Shown in pieces: positions 1-9,813 of a DNA stretch of 64,000 nt. The notes under the pieces are model-generated. The model was not told where the DNA came from. It ran no database searches and saw only the letters and a program-made list of their open reading frames with translations. This DNA is from an uncultured Gemmatimonadales bacterium (GTDB lineage: Bacteria; Gemmatimonadota; Gemmatimonadetes; Gemmatimonadales; GWC2-71-9): contig CAVYSW010000003.1 of NCBI GenBank assembly GCA_963771275.1, forward strand, positions 1,184,001 through 1,248,000. The letters run 5' to 3'. Position numbers and translations under genes: made by a program. Position 1 is the first letter of the stretch; each line of letters opens with the position of its first letter.

Positions 1-290
1 ACCACGGACCGATGAGCGCCGCGATCTTCGACGTCGTCCCGCCCCAGGTCGCGGCCTCAGTCATCGGGGCGTACGTGTTCTTCACCCATATCGCCGGCGA
101 CGCGATCGCGTATCCCCTGATCGGCTTCCTATCGGACCGGTTCGGGCTGCGGGCGGCGATGATGGTGCTGCCTGCGGCGGCGTTTCTCGGCGGGAGCGTC
201 GTGCTGCTCGCGACCCGCACGATAGCCTCGGACAGGGATCGCGCGCGCCGTGCGTCGGGTGCGTTTTTTGTGCCGCAGGAGGCGCTGTAA
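1..290 (+). CDS. MFS transporter, C-terminal fragment (truncated by window edge)
   Basis: Hydrophobic helices with an MFS-like GFLSDRFGLR loop. Confidence 0.75.
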   Translation, partial: HGPMSAAIFDVVPPQVAASVIGAYVFFTHIAGDAIAYPLIGFLSDRFGLRAAMMVLPAAAFLGGSVVLLATRTIASDRDRARRASGAFFVPQEAL

Positions 291-303
291 GCGCCGCGCC
301 GGC

Positions 304-1959
304 TCATGCCCCGCCGGTGAGGTCGGCCCGGAAGGCGTTGTGCCGATGGACCTCGGCGAGATAGGCCGCCAGCTCGCTCGCGGTGCGCGCGGCGGTCCAG
401 CCGAGCTCCGCACCGATCAGCGCCGCCAGGCCTGGCGCCTCGGATACCGCGTGACCGGGAACCTCGAAGAAGATGTGCGTGCGCCGCATCAGGAGATCGG
501 TCAGTGTGAGGGCCAGCTCCCGTCGCGTGGCATGCACCAGCTGGGCCCGCAGGGCCGGATGGCCCGGGACGACCGGCTGGGCGAGCCCGGGGTCGGCGCG
601 CGCCAGCCGCGCCACGGCCGGGGCCTCGGTGCCGTGCAGCCGGACCACGTACTCGGCGGTTGCGCGCGGCAGCCCCTCGTTCTCCATCTCCGCGATGAGC
701 AACGCGAGGTTGCCGGTTTCACCACCGGGCAGCGGCTCGCGATCGGTGGGTGCGCGCGGCGGGACCGGTCTGCCGTCCAGGGCATGCAGCAGCGCTGCCG
801 CACGATCCACCGCATCGGCCGCCATGGCCCGGTAGGTGGTGAGCTTCCCACCCACCACCGAGAGCAACCCTGGATCCTCGATGATCTGATGCTCCCGGGA
901 GACCGCTGCCGCGGAGCGCGCGTCGGGTGGCCGCAGCAGCGGGCGCACCCCGGCCCAGGCGGAGACGACATCGCTGGGCTGCAGGCGCGCGTCGGGAAAC
1001 ACCGCGTTGGCGGACCGGAGCAGGTAGACCACGTCGGCGGCCTCAACGCAGGCGTCCTCCGGATCCCCGGTGTAGTCGGTGTCGGTCGTCCCGATGTAGG
1101 TAAGGTCACCCCATGGCAGCACGAACATCACCCGCCCGTCCACGGGCGACAGCAAGGTCACGGCCGAGTGGTTGCCCACGCGCGAGCGGGGGACCGCGAC
1201 GTGCGCCCCCTTGGTAGGTCGCAGCAGCGTGCGCCCGTCGCGGCGCAGGCCGTCCGACCACGGGCCAGTGGCGTTGATCACCACTTGAGCCCGGATGCCA
1301 AAGCGCGCGCCCGTCGCGACGTCCAGGGCCCGCACGCCGCGGACGCGGCCGTCGGCGATCTCAAAGCTCTCGACCGCCACATAGTTGGCCACCAGCCCAC
1401 CCATCTGGTGGGCCGCCCGCACGTTGGCGAGCGTCAGGCGTGCATCGTCGCACTGGGCGTCGTAGTACCGGACGCCGCCCTGGAGGCCCCGGGGGCGGAG
1501 TCCCGGCTCGATCCGGAGCAGGGCCCGCTTGCTGAGCCACCGATGGGCCTTCACATTCCTGAGCAGCGCCAGGGCATCATACAGGGCAAAGCCCGCGGCG
1601 AGCTTCCAGGCCGGCACGCGCCCGCCCGCGAACACCGGGAGCAGGAACGGCTGCGGCCACACCAGGTGGGGCGCGATCCGCAGCAGGATGCGACGTTCCC
1701 GGGATGCCTCGAAGACGAGTCGCAGGGCGCCGTGCTCGAGGTAGCGCAACCCGCCGTGGATGAGGCGGGAGGAACGGCCGCTCGTCCCCGCCGCAAAGTC
1801 CGCGCGCTCGACGAGGGCGGTCCGGAAGCCGCGCATGGCGGCATCGCGTGCGACTCCGGCGCCGGTGATACCCCCGCCGACCACGAGCACATCGAGCGGG
1901 CGCTCCACCATGTCGGTGAGGGCGATGGAACGAGTGGCGGCTGAAATGGAGGCGTCCAC
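304..1959 (-). CDS. glpD: FAD-dependent glycerol-3-phosphate dehydrogenase/oxidase
   Basis: DVLVVGGGITGAG, GTSGRSSRLIHGGLRYLE, GGKLTTYR motifs; start uncertain (GTG 1959 or ATG 1911). Confidence 0.92.
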   Translation of the reverse strand: MDASISAATRSIALTDMVERPLDVLVVGGGITGAGVARDAAMRGFRTALVERADFAAGTSGRSSRLIHGGLRYLEHGALRLVFEASRERRILLRIAPHLVWPQPFLLPVFAGGRVPAWKLAAGFALYDALALLRNVKAHRWLSKRALLRIEPGLRPRGLQGGVRYYDAQCDDARLTLANVRAAHQMGGLVANYVAVESFEIADGRVRGVRALDVATGARFGIRAQVVINATGPWSDGLRRDGRTLLRPTKGAHVAVPRSRVGNHSAVTLLSPVDGRVMFVLPWGDLTYIGTTDTDYTGDPEDACVEAADVVYLLRSANAVFPDARLQPSDVVSAWAGVRPLLRPPDARSAAAVSREHQIIEDPGLLSVVGGKLTTYRAMAADAVDRAAALLHALDGRPVPPRAPTDREPLPGGETGNLALLIAEMENEGLPRATAEYVVRLHGTEAPAVARLARADPGLAQPVVPGHPALRAQLVHATRRELALTLTDLLMRRTHIFFEVPGHAVSEAPGLAALIGAELGWTAARTASELAAYLAEVHRHNAFRADLTGGA

Positions 1960-2512
1960 GCGCCTATTCTCTCGACGACCTGAGCGCGGGCTGCCCCCGA
2001 GCGCCTGGTTCACCTGGCATGCGCGGATTTTCCGCCCCGGGGTGCGGGTGCTGGACCTCGCCAGCGGGCCCGGCCGTCACGCGCTCGCGGCCGCCGAGCT
2101 CGGGGCGGAGGTCGTGGCCGCGGACGCCGACGGCGAGGCGCTTGAGATCCTCGAGCGCGAGGCGCAACGACGGCAGCTGGCGGTGAAGTGCCTGCACGTG
2201 GACCTCCACACGAGCCAGATCGCGCCCGCGTCGTTCGATGTCGTCATGATGTTCAACTACCTGGATCGGGAGCGCTTCCCCGACATCCTGGCTGCCGTGC
2301 GGCCGGCCGGCCGCCTCCTGGCCGAGACCTTCCTGGTCGCGCAGCGCGATCAGGGGTGGGGACCGCAGTCGGACGACCACCTGCTCCAGCCCGGGGAATT
2401 GCTGCGCCTCGTGAGGCCATTCGAGGTCGTGCTCTCCCGCGAAGTCATCGAAGTCATCGATGGACGTCCCGCGGCGCTTGCGAGCGTGCTCGCGATCCGC
2501 CCCGGGAAATGA
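1946..2512 (+). CDS. Class I SAM-dependent methyltransferase (TehB-like)
   Basis: VLDLASGPGRH motif I, FDVVMMFNYL; ATG 1946 chosen within ORF 1760..2512. Confidence 0.8.
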   Translation: MEASTRLFSRRPERGLPPSAWFTWHARIFRPGVRVLDLASGPGRHALAAAELGAEVVAADADGEALEILEREAQRRQLAVKCLHVDLHTSQIAPASFDVVMMFNYLDRERFPDILAAVRPAGRLLAETFLVAQRDQGWGPQSDDHLLQPGELLRLVRPFEVVLSREVIEVIDGRPAALASVLAIRPGK

Positions 2513-2571
2513 TCGCGACCATCCCGTTCTCACGCTAGCACGCCTCCCACCCCGCGGCTAGTTTTCCGCCC

Positions 2572-3867
2572 ATGCATACCGGTCAGTCTGGGCGCCGGGT
2601 GGTGGTCGTTGGAGGATGCCGGACGCCGTTCTGCAAGGCCGGTACGGCACTGAGACACCTCCCGGGCGTGGACTTGGCCCGTCACGCCACCCTCGAGCTG
2701 GTGCATCGCTGCGAGCTCGAGGGTACGCTCGTCGACGAGATGTATTTCGGACAGGTGGTGGCAAGCCCGCTGGCGCCGAACCTCGCGCGCGAGGTGAGCC
2801 TCCTACCGCAGTTCCCCCGGGACATTCCTGCCGCGTCCGTCAACCGCGCCTGTGCGTCGGCCAACGCCGCCATCGCGATCGGCGCAGATCAGATCGCCGC
2901 CGCTCGTGCGGACGTGGTGATCGCGGGTGGCGGCGAGAGCCTGTCCGACGTGCCGATCCTCCACTCGCGTCGCTTCGCCGACCTGTTGATCGGCCTCAGC
3001 CGGGCGCGCAGTCTCGGCGAGCGGCTCGGCCTCCTGGCGACGTTCCGCCCGCGCGATCTCGTGCCGGTGACCCCGACGATCGCGGAGCCGTCCACGGGGG
3101 AGTCGATGGGGCAGTCGGCGGAGAAGATGGCGAAGGTCAACGGGATCACACGGGAAGCGCAGGACGCCTGGGCCGTGCGCAGCCACCAGTTGGCGCAGGC
3201 CGGGATCGCCGATGGGCGCCTGCTCGCCGAGATCGCTCCCGTCTTCCCGCCGCACGGTGCCGGCGACCCGGTGGACCGGGACAACGGAGTCCGCGCGGAC
3301 ACGACTCTGACACAGGTGGCCAAGCTCCCGCCGGTGTTCGACCGGAAGTACGGTTCCGTGACGGCCGCGAATTCCTCGCCGCTCAGCGACGGCGGCTCGG
3401 CGGTCCTGCTGATGAGCGCGGAGCGCGCCGCCGCGCTCGGCTATCGGCCGCTGGCGGCGATTCGCGCGCATGCCGTGGCCGCGGTGGATCCCGGCTGGCA
3501 GCTCCTCATGGGGCCGGCCATCGCGGTGCCGCGATGTCTGGATCGGGCCCGGCTCGCGCTCAAGGACATTGGCCTGATCGAGATGCACGAGGCGTTCGCA
3601 TCCCAGGTGCTGTCGAACATCCAGGCCTTCGAGTCAAAGCGCTGGGCCGAGCGGCTTGGGCGGTCGGCGCCGATCGGCGAGGTCGACCGGGACCTCGTCA
3701 ACGTCATGGGTGGGTCGATCGCCATCGGGCACCCGTTCGGCGCCACGGGCGGACGCCTCACCATCACGCTCGCCAATGAGATGCGGCGACGCGGGGTCGA
3801 GTTTGGCCTGATCTCCGTGTGCGCGCAGGGGGGCATGGGGTTCGCGATGGTGCTGGAGCAGGTATGA
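2572..3867 (+). CDS. fadI: Acetyl-CoA C-acyltransferase (thiolase), FadI type
   Basis: NRACAS, HEAFA, GHPFGATG, CAQGG motifs; ATGA-coupled to fadJ. Confidence 0.92.
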   Translation: MHTGQSGRRVVVVGGCRTPFCKAGTALRHLPGVDLARHATLELVHRCELEGTLVDEMYFGQVVASPLAPNLAREVSLLPQFPRDIPAASVNRACASANAAIAIGADQIAAARADVVIAGGGESLSDVPILHSRRFADLLIGLSRARSLGERLGLLATFRPRDLVPVTPTIAEPSTGESMGQSAEKMAKVNGITREAQDAWAVRSHQLAQAGIADGRLLAEIAPVFPPHGAGDPVDRDNGVRADTTLTQVAKLPPVFDRKYGSVTAANSSPLSDGGSAVLLMSAERAAALGYRPLAAIRAHAVAAVDPGWQLLMGPAIAVPRCLDRARLALKDIGLIEMHEAFASQVLSNIQAFESKRWAERLGRSAPIGEVDRDLVNVMGGSIAIGHPFGATGGRLTITLANEMRRRGVEFGLISVCAQGGMGFAMVLEQV

Positions 3868-5990
3868 GCGCCTTCACCTGCACCGTCGAGGGCGGGGTTG
3901 CCCGCCTGGTGCTGGACCTGCCGGGCGAGCCGATCAACAAGATCACGCGCGGCGTGCGGGACGAGCTCGACCTGCTGCTCACGCAGCTCAGGGGCGATCC
4001 GGCGGTGCGGGCGGTCGCGTTGCTGTCGGGGAAGCCCGACACGTTCATCGCGGGTGCCGACATTGACGAGTTCGTGGCGCTTGCGTCACGGAACGACGCG
4101 TTCGCGCTGGTGCGGGGTGGCCAGGCGCTGATCAACCGTATTCCCGAGCTCGGCAAGCCGGTGGTGGCGGGCATCCACGGCGCGTGCCTCGGCGGGGGGC
4201 TCGAAGCCGCGCTCGCGTGCACGTACCGGGTCGCCTCGGATCACGACAAGACGAAGATCGGTCTTCCCGAGGTCCAGCTCGGGATCATTCCGGCGGCGGG
4301 AGGCTGTCAGCGCCTGCCGCGGCTGATTGGGGTGCAGCCGGCGCTGGACATCATCCTCGCCGGGAAGACGCTGCCGGCGAAGCCGGCGCACCGGTGCGGC
4401 GTCGTGGACGAGCTGGTTCATCCGGCGATTCTGGAGCGGGTGACGCTGGACACCGCCCGGCGGCTGGCGGACGGCTGGCGTCCGGTGCGGGGTCGACCGG
4501 GCGTCAAGCGCCTGCTGCTCGAGCGGAATCCCCTCGGCCTGAAGCTGCTGTTCTCGCTGGCACGGAAGCAGGTGTTGACGAAGAGCGGTGGGCATTATCC
4601 CGCGCCGCTGGCTGCGCTGCGTGCGATCGAGCACGGCTTGCGCTACGGTAGTGAGGCGGGGATGGAGATGGAGGCCGAGCTGTTCGCGGACCTCGCCGTG
4701 GGCGAGGTGAGCCGCGAGCTGGTCCGCATCTTCTTCGCGACGACCGCGCTCAAGAAGGACTACGGTGTGGCCGAGCCGCCGGATGCTCCTCCGGTGAAGC
4801 GCCTGGGGATCCTGGGCGCTGGGTTCATGGGGAGCGGCATCGGCGGCACGGCGGCCGTGCAGGCAGGGGTGGACGTCCGGTTCCGCGACACCGCGCTTCC
4901 GCCGGTGGCCAGGGGCATCACGGCGGCGCGGCGCATCGTCGATGACCGCTTGGCGCGCCACCGCATGACGCGCTACGAGCACCGGCGCCTGGTCGCCCTG
5001 CTGTCGGGGGGGACGGATTGGGCGGGGTTCGCGAGCGCCGACGTGGTGATTGAAGCCGTCTTCGAGGACCTGGCGGTGAAGCATGCCGTGTTCCGCGAAG
5101 CCGAGCAGCATGTGCGCGACGAATGCGTGCTGGCCTCCAACACGAGCACCATCCCGATCGAGCGGATCGCGTCGGTCGCCCGGCATCCGGAACGCGTGGT
5201 CGGGATGCACTTCTTCTCGCCGGTCGAGAGAATGCCGCTGCTCGAGGTGATCGTGGGCCGGCAGACCGCGTCGTGGGCGCTCGTCACCGCCGTCGACTTC
5301 GGGCGCAGGATGGGCAAGACCGTCGTCGTCGTACAGGACCGGCCGGGGTTCTGGGTGAACCGCATTCTCGGGCCCTACATGAGTGAGGCCGGCCGCCTGG
5401 TGCAGGAAGGCATGCCGCTCGAGCGGCTCGACTTCTTGATGAAGCGCTTCGGGTTCCCGGTCGGCCCGATCACGCTGCTCGATGAGGTCGGTCTCGATGT
5501 GGCGCTCAAGGCAGCGAACGTGCTGAGCGAAGCGTATGGCGAACGGATGCAGCCGCTGGAAGGCCTGCGGCGCATGGTCGCGGACGGCCGTCTCGGGCGG
5601 AAGAGCGGGCGCGGGTTCTACCGGTACGACGGCGGGAAACGGCGCGGCGTGGACGATTCGGCGGGTGCGGTGCTGGGCGTGAAGGCGGGTGCCCCGCCGC
5701 CCGACGAGGACGCCGAGCAGCGGCTTGTCTACGCCATGTTGAACGAGGCGGCGCACGCCCTCGATGAGGGCGTGGTACGCTCCGCGCGGGACGGGGACAT
5801 CGCGGCGATCTTCGGGATCGGGTATCCGCCGTTCCGGGGAGGCCCGCTGCGCACGCTTGACCAGACCGGAGCCCGGCGTGCCGTCGACATCTTGGAAGCG
5901 CTCGCCCGGGCGTACGGCGAGCGGTTTGCGCCGGCGTCCGCGCTCGTGCGGATGGCGCAATCCGGCGGGTCTTTCTACTCCAACTCCTGA
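3864..5990 (+). CDS. fadJ: Fatty acid oxidation complex alpha subunit (enoyl-CoA hydratase/3-hydroxyacyl-CoA dehydrogenase)
   Basis: FIAGADI, GGGLE, GLPEVQLG, GAGFMGSG, SNTSTI, GMHFFSP. Confidence 0.93.
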   Translation: MSAFTCTVEGGVARLVLDLPGEPINKITRGVRDELDLLLTQLRGDPAVRAVALLSGKPDTFIAGADIDEFVALASRNDAFALVRGGQALINRIPELGKPVVAGIHGACLGGGLEAALACTYRVASDHDKTKIGLPEVQLGIIPAAGGCQRLPRLIGVQPALDIILAGKTLPAKPAHRCGVVDELVHPAILERVTLDTARRLADGWRPVRGRPGVKRLLLERNPLGLKLLFSLARKQVLTKSGGHYPAPLAALRAIEHGLRYGSEAGMEMEAELFADLAVGEVSRELVRIFFATTALKKDYGVAEPPDAPPVKRLGILGAGFMGSGIGGTAAVQAGVDVRFRDTALPPVARGITAARRIVDDRLARHRMTRYEHRRLVALLSGGTDWAGFASADVVIEAVFEDLAVKHAVFREAEQHVRDECVLASNTSTIPIERIASVARHPERVVGMHFFSPVERMPLLEVIVGRQTASWALVTAVDFGRRMGKTVVVVQDRPGFWVNRILGPYMSEAGRLVQEGMPLERLDFLMKRFGFPVGPITLLDEVGLDVALKAANVLSEAYGERMQPLEGLRRMVADGRLGRKSGRGFYRYDGGKRRGVDDSAGAVLGVKAGAPPPDEDAEQRLVYAMLNEAAHALDEGVVRSARDGDIAAIFGIGYPPFRGGPLRTLDQTGARRAVDILEALARAYGERFAPASALVRMAQSGGSFYSNS

Positions 5991-6005
5991 CGAATCGACG
6001 AAACC

Positions 6006-6941
6006 ATGCTTCGAAGCACCTTCCTCTGGCTGAGCGAACGGCGGGGCCTGTTCAACTTCATCCGGAAGAACGGCCTGGCCCGGCAGTTCGCCTCGCGGTT
6101 TGTGGCAGGCGAAACGCTCGACACCGCGATCGCTGCGACGCGGGACCTGAATGCCAAAGGCATCACGACCACGCTCGACCTGCTGGGGGAGAGCGTCACC
6201 AGCCGGGCGGAGTCGGAAGCCGCTCGGGACGCGGCGATCGGGATTCTGGATCGCATCCGCGAGGCGGGCGTGCGGGGAAACGTGTCGGTGAAGCTCACGC
6301 AGATGGGCCTGGATCTCGACGCCGCGCTCGCTGCCGCGAACATCAAGGCGATTCTCGACCGGGCGCGCGCGCATGGCACGTTCGTGCGCATCGACATGGA
6401 GGCGTCCGGGTACGTCCAGCGGACGCTGGATCTCTACCACCAGGACCTGCAGGCCGCGTACGGCGGGGTGGTTGGCGTCGTGATCCAGAGCATGCTCCGG
6501 CGCTCCGAGACCGACGTCGAGCGGCTGCTGCAGACGGGCACGCGCATCCGGCTCGTTAAGGGGGCGTACAAGGAACCGGCCTCCGTCGCGTTTCCCGACA
6601 AGCGGGACGTGGATGCGTGCTTTGCCAGACTGATCGAACGCATGCTCGAGCGCGGCAACTATCCGGCGTTCGCGACGCACGACGAGCGGCTGATCGCGCA
6701 TGCGAAGACGTACGCGCGCGCGCACGGAGTGGGCGCCGAGCGGTTCGAGTTCCAGATGCTCTTCGGCGTGCGGCGGGACCTTCAGGAGCAGCTGCAGCGC
6801 GAGGGATACAATGTCCGGGTCTACGTGCCGTTCGGCACGGAGTGGTATCCCTACCTGATGCGCCGGCTTGCCGAGCGCCCGGCGAATATCGCGTTCATTG
6901 TGGGGAACGTGGCGCGGGAGATCGCCCGGCCGCGGTCGTGA
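6006..6941 (+). CDS. Monofunctional proline dehydrogenase
   Basis: RFVAGE, RIDME, RLVKGAY, ATHD, YLMRRLAERP motifs. Confidence 0.92.
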   Translation: MLRSTFLWLSERRGLFNFIRKNGLARQFASRFVAGETLDTAIAATRDLNAKGITTTLDLLGESVTSRAESEAARDAAIGILDRIREAGVRGNVSVKLTQMGLDLDAALAAANIKAILDRARAHGTFVRIDMEASGYVQRTLDLYHQDLQAAYGGVVGVVIQSMLRRSETDVERLLQTGTRIRLVKGAYKEPASVAFPDKRDVDACFARLIERMLERGNYPAFATHDERLIAHAKTYARAHGVGAERFEFQMLFGVRRDLQEQLQREGYNVRVYVPFGTEWYPYLMRRLAERPANIAFIVGNVAREIARPRS

Positions 6942-7261
6942 TCGACGACAGCACGTACGGCGGCTACGTGGCGCGCCACGAGCGGCCGCCCGCGTTCGCC
7001 GGGAGTGATGGGCAGGCGTACTCGGTGGCGCCCCTGGTGGACGACGAGCCCGACGCGAGCGGGCGGTACGGCGGGGGGTTCCTGTTCGTGCGCTGGGCGG
7101 AGGGGGGCGATCTGCCCGCCGGCCATGTCGAAACGGAGTATCTCGTGTTCGGGCGGACCCGCGACGACGCGGAGCGCCAGCTCGGGGCGGTGTCGCTGCT
7201 CGAGGTAAAGGCGCAGCTGGACCGGGCCATCGCGGTCCGGAAGGAGAGCGCTGAGTGGTAG
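6938..7261 (+). CDS. Hypothetical protein (107 aa)
   Basis: GTG overlapping the upstream stop; protein-like composition; fills the gap to rsgA. Confidence 0.65.
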   Translation: MIDDSTYGGYVARHERPPAFAGSDGQAYSVAPLVDDEPDASGRYGGGFLFVRWAEGGDLPAGHVETEYLVFGRTRDDAERQLGAVSLLEVKAQLDRAIAVRKESAEW

Positions 7262-8169
7262 TGGAGCCGTCGGGCATCGTGCTGTCGTGCGTCGGAGGGC
7301 GGTACCGGGTGTTCGCCGGTGAGCAGATCGTGGAGGCAACCCTGCGCGGGCGCATGAAGCGGACCGGCGAGGCGCAGGTGCTCGTGGGGGATCGCGTGGC
7401 CCTCGAGATGCACAGCCCTCTGGTGGCGACGATCGAGCGCGTCCACGAGCGTGACTCCGTCCTGCGGCGCCGGAGTCCGGGGCGAGCGCGTGGCACGCGG
7501 CCGGTCGCCGCGAACGTGGACCAGGTGGTGGTGGTTGGATCTACCCGGAGACCGGACTGGAACCCCTACCTCATCGACCGGTTCACCGCGGTGGCGGAAG
7601 CGAATCACGTGGCGGCCGTGGTCCTGGTGAACAAGGTGGATCTGGAAGACTCCGCGGAGGCTCACGGGGACGCGTACCGCCGAGCGGGCTATGCCGTGCT
7701 CGCCACCAGCACGAGGACGGGTGTCGGGATCGCTGAGCTGCGCGAGCTCCTCACCGGCCATGTGTCCCTCTTCACGGGGCCGACGGGTGTCGGCAAGTCG
7801 AGCCTGCTCAATGCGCTGGTGCCCGGCCTCACGCTGCGGACCGCCGAGGTGTCCCACCGCTCGGGCGCGGGCCGCCACACGACCGTCTCGGTGGAAATGC
7901 ACGCCATCGGGCAGGGGGGATTCGTGGTGGACACGCCGGGCCTGCGGGATGTCGGACTCTGGGGACTCGACCCGGCGGAAGTGGGTGAAGCGTTTCCGGA
8001 AGTCGCGCCGTACCGCCCCGACTGCCGGTTCGACAACTGCCGCCATCGGGGGGAACCGGGTTGCGCGGTTCGGGGGGCGGTCGAACGCGGTCTGGTAGCC
8101 CGCACGCGGTACGAGTCGTACCTCCGGCTCTTGGAGGAGGCTGAGGCGGCCGCTCGTCCGTGGGCGTGA
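7255..8169 (+). CDS. rsgA: Ribosome small subunit-dependent GTPase A
   Basis: Permuted GTPase motifs NKVD, GPTGVGKSS, GRHTT, DTPG; C-terminal CRFDNCRH..EPGC Zn finger. Confidence 0.95.
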   Translation: MVVEPSGIVLSCVGGRYRVFAGEQIVEATLRGRMKRTGEAQVLVGDRVALEMHSPLVATIERVHERDSVLRRRSPGRARGTRPVAANVDQVVVVGSTRRPDWNPYLIDRFTAVAEANHVAAVVLVNKVDLEDSAEAHGDAYRRAGYAVLATSTRTGVGIAELRELLTGHVSLFTGPTGVGKSSLLNALVPGLTLRTAEVSHRSGAGRHTTVSVEMHAIGQGGFVVDTPGLRDVGLWGLDPAEVGEAFPEVAPYRPDCRFDNCRHRGEPGCAVRGAVERGLVARTRYESYLRLLEEAEAAARPWA

Positions 8170-8210
8170 CCCCGGGGGCTGGCGGGACCGCGGGCAGCGT
8201 GCGAAGGTGA

Positions 8211-9437
8211 ATGCCGGAATCGCTCCGAAAGGCGGGTATGGCCCAAGGCTCGGTGGCACCGCTGGTCGTGCCGTTCACAGGCGAACGCTATGCGGCGCTC
8301 GACCGTCTCAGCGACCTCATCGCACCGCCGTACGACGTGGTCGACCCGGGTGGGCGAACGACGCTCGCGGCCCGGGAGCCGCACAACGTCATCCACCTGA
8401 CGCTGCCCGAAGGGTACGCGGCCGCCGCAAAGCTGCTCGAGCGCTGGCGGGCAGAAGGGGTGCTCCATCGGGATGCGGGACCATCGGTCTACGTCGTACA
8501 GCAGGAGTTCCTCCTGCCCGACGGCCGCGCGCGGCTGCGCACGGGCGTGATTGCCGGCCTCCATGTGGAGTCCTACGAGCTCGGGAGGGTTCGGCCGCAC
8601 GAGCGCACACACGCGGAGCCCAAGGCCGACCGGCTGGCGCTCGCCCGGGCGACCGCGACGATGGCGGAGGCGATCTTCCTCCTGGCACGGGACGAGCGGG
8701 GCCACCTGCGGCGCCGGCTCGACGGCGTCACCCGTCACGCGCCGACGGTGGTTGCGGAGCTCGATGGGGTCGGCATCGGGCTTTGGCGGGTGGGTGGGGT
8801 TCAGGGACGCGAGATCGCGCACGCCGTGGACCACGGCCCGCTGTACATCGCCGATGGTCATCACCGGTACGAAACCGCCCTCAGCTATCGTCAGGAGAAT
8901 GCCGCCGCCACGCACATCCCCGCGTTCATCGTGCCGACCGCGGATCCGGGACTCGTCGCCCTGCCGACGCACCGCATCGTGGACGGGCAACCCATCGATG
9001 CCGGGCTGCTGCTGCCGCGCCTGGGCGAGCGGTTCGTGGTCGAAGAGCGCGAAGCCGAGCTCGATCCGCAGGGGCTGTTGGAAGGGTTGACCGGCCGGGA
9101 GCCTGCCGCCGTGATCGCGCTGCCGAGCGGCCGGGTCTACGCGTTGACGGCGCGCGCGCCGACCGACGACTGCCTCGAGATCGCGGTGATCGAGCGCGAC
9201 GTGGTCCAGCCCGTGGTGCAGGCCGCCGGCCAGGGGGCCGTGCTGCGCTACTCCGCCGACCCCGGCGCCGTGTTCGACGCGCTGGCGCGCGGGACCGCGG
9301 CAGCCGGGGTGCTGGTGCGTCCGACGCCCGTCGAACGAGTCCTGGAGGTCGCAGACGCGCGTGGCGTGATGCCCCCCAAGTCGACCTATTTCATGCCGAA
9401 AGTCCCGAGCGGTCTCGTCCTGATGCGGTACGCCTGA
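8211..9437 (+). CDS. DUF1015 family protein
   Basis: APPYDVV, PHERT, IADGHHRYETA, MPPKSTYF motifs. Confidence 0.88.
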   Translation: MPESLRKAGMAQGSVAPLVVPFTGERYAALDRLSDLIAPPYDVVDPGGRTTLAAREPHNVIHLTLPEGYAAAAKLLERWRAEGVLHRDAGPSVYVVQQEFLLPDGRARLRTGVIAGLHVESYELGRVRPHERTHAEPKADRLALARATATMAEAIFLLARDERGHLRRRLDGVTRHAPTVVAELDGVGIGLWRVGGVQGREIAHAVDHGPLYIADGHHRYETALSYRQENAAATHIPAFIVPTADPGLVALPTHRIVDGQPIDAGLLLPRLGERFVVEEREAELDPQGLLEGLTGREPAAVIALPSGRVYALTARAPTDDCLEIAVIERDVVQPVVQAAGQGAVLRYSADPGAVFDALARGTAAAGVLVRPTPVERVLEVADARGVMPPKSTYFMPKVPSGLVLMRYA

Positions 9438-9462
9438 AACCGGGCGGTCCGGAGCACACGCC

Positions 9463-9714
9463 ATGAGTCCGCGACCCCGTCAGCGCATCCTCGAGAACCT
9501 GGAGAAGATCTACCGCGAGGCCTACGACCGTGCGAAGGCGGAGGACGACCGCCGTCGCATGGCGGAGCTGGACGCCTCGTTCCAGCGGGAGCAGCTGCTG
9601 CTCGAGGTGTTGCTGGACGTGCGTGATGGCCTGTACGCCGTCGCGGAGGCGCCGTCCCCCGCTTCGGCGCTGGAGAAGCTCGACATCCTGCGAAAACTGA
9701 CCCGCCTGGGCTGA
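9463..9714 (+). CDS. Small helical hypothetical protein (83 aa)
   Basis: GGAG RBS, ATG start, charged amphipathic helices. Confidence 0.7.
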   Translation: MSPRPRQRILENLEKIYREAYDRAKAEDDRRRMAELDASFQREQLLLEVLLDVRDGLYAVAEAPSPASALEKLDILRKLTRLG

Positions 9715-9813
9715 GCGTCCGGGTTCCCTCGTAGGGTCGCTGTGGACGCGCTTCCCTCCGCCGCACAGCGATTCCGCTCCCCACAGGCCTCGCCCTTTCC
9801 CAGCGGAGGTGCA

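Noticed and set aside
4086..7496. 1136-aa minus-strand ORF and other long antisense or alternate-frame ORFs (e.g. 250..1944, 11243..14203, 28985..31249, 32337..34250)
   Set aside because: Shadow ORFs of well-supported genes in high-GC DNA; Arg/Pro/Ala-rich with no family motifs
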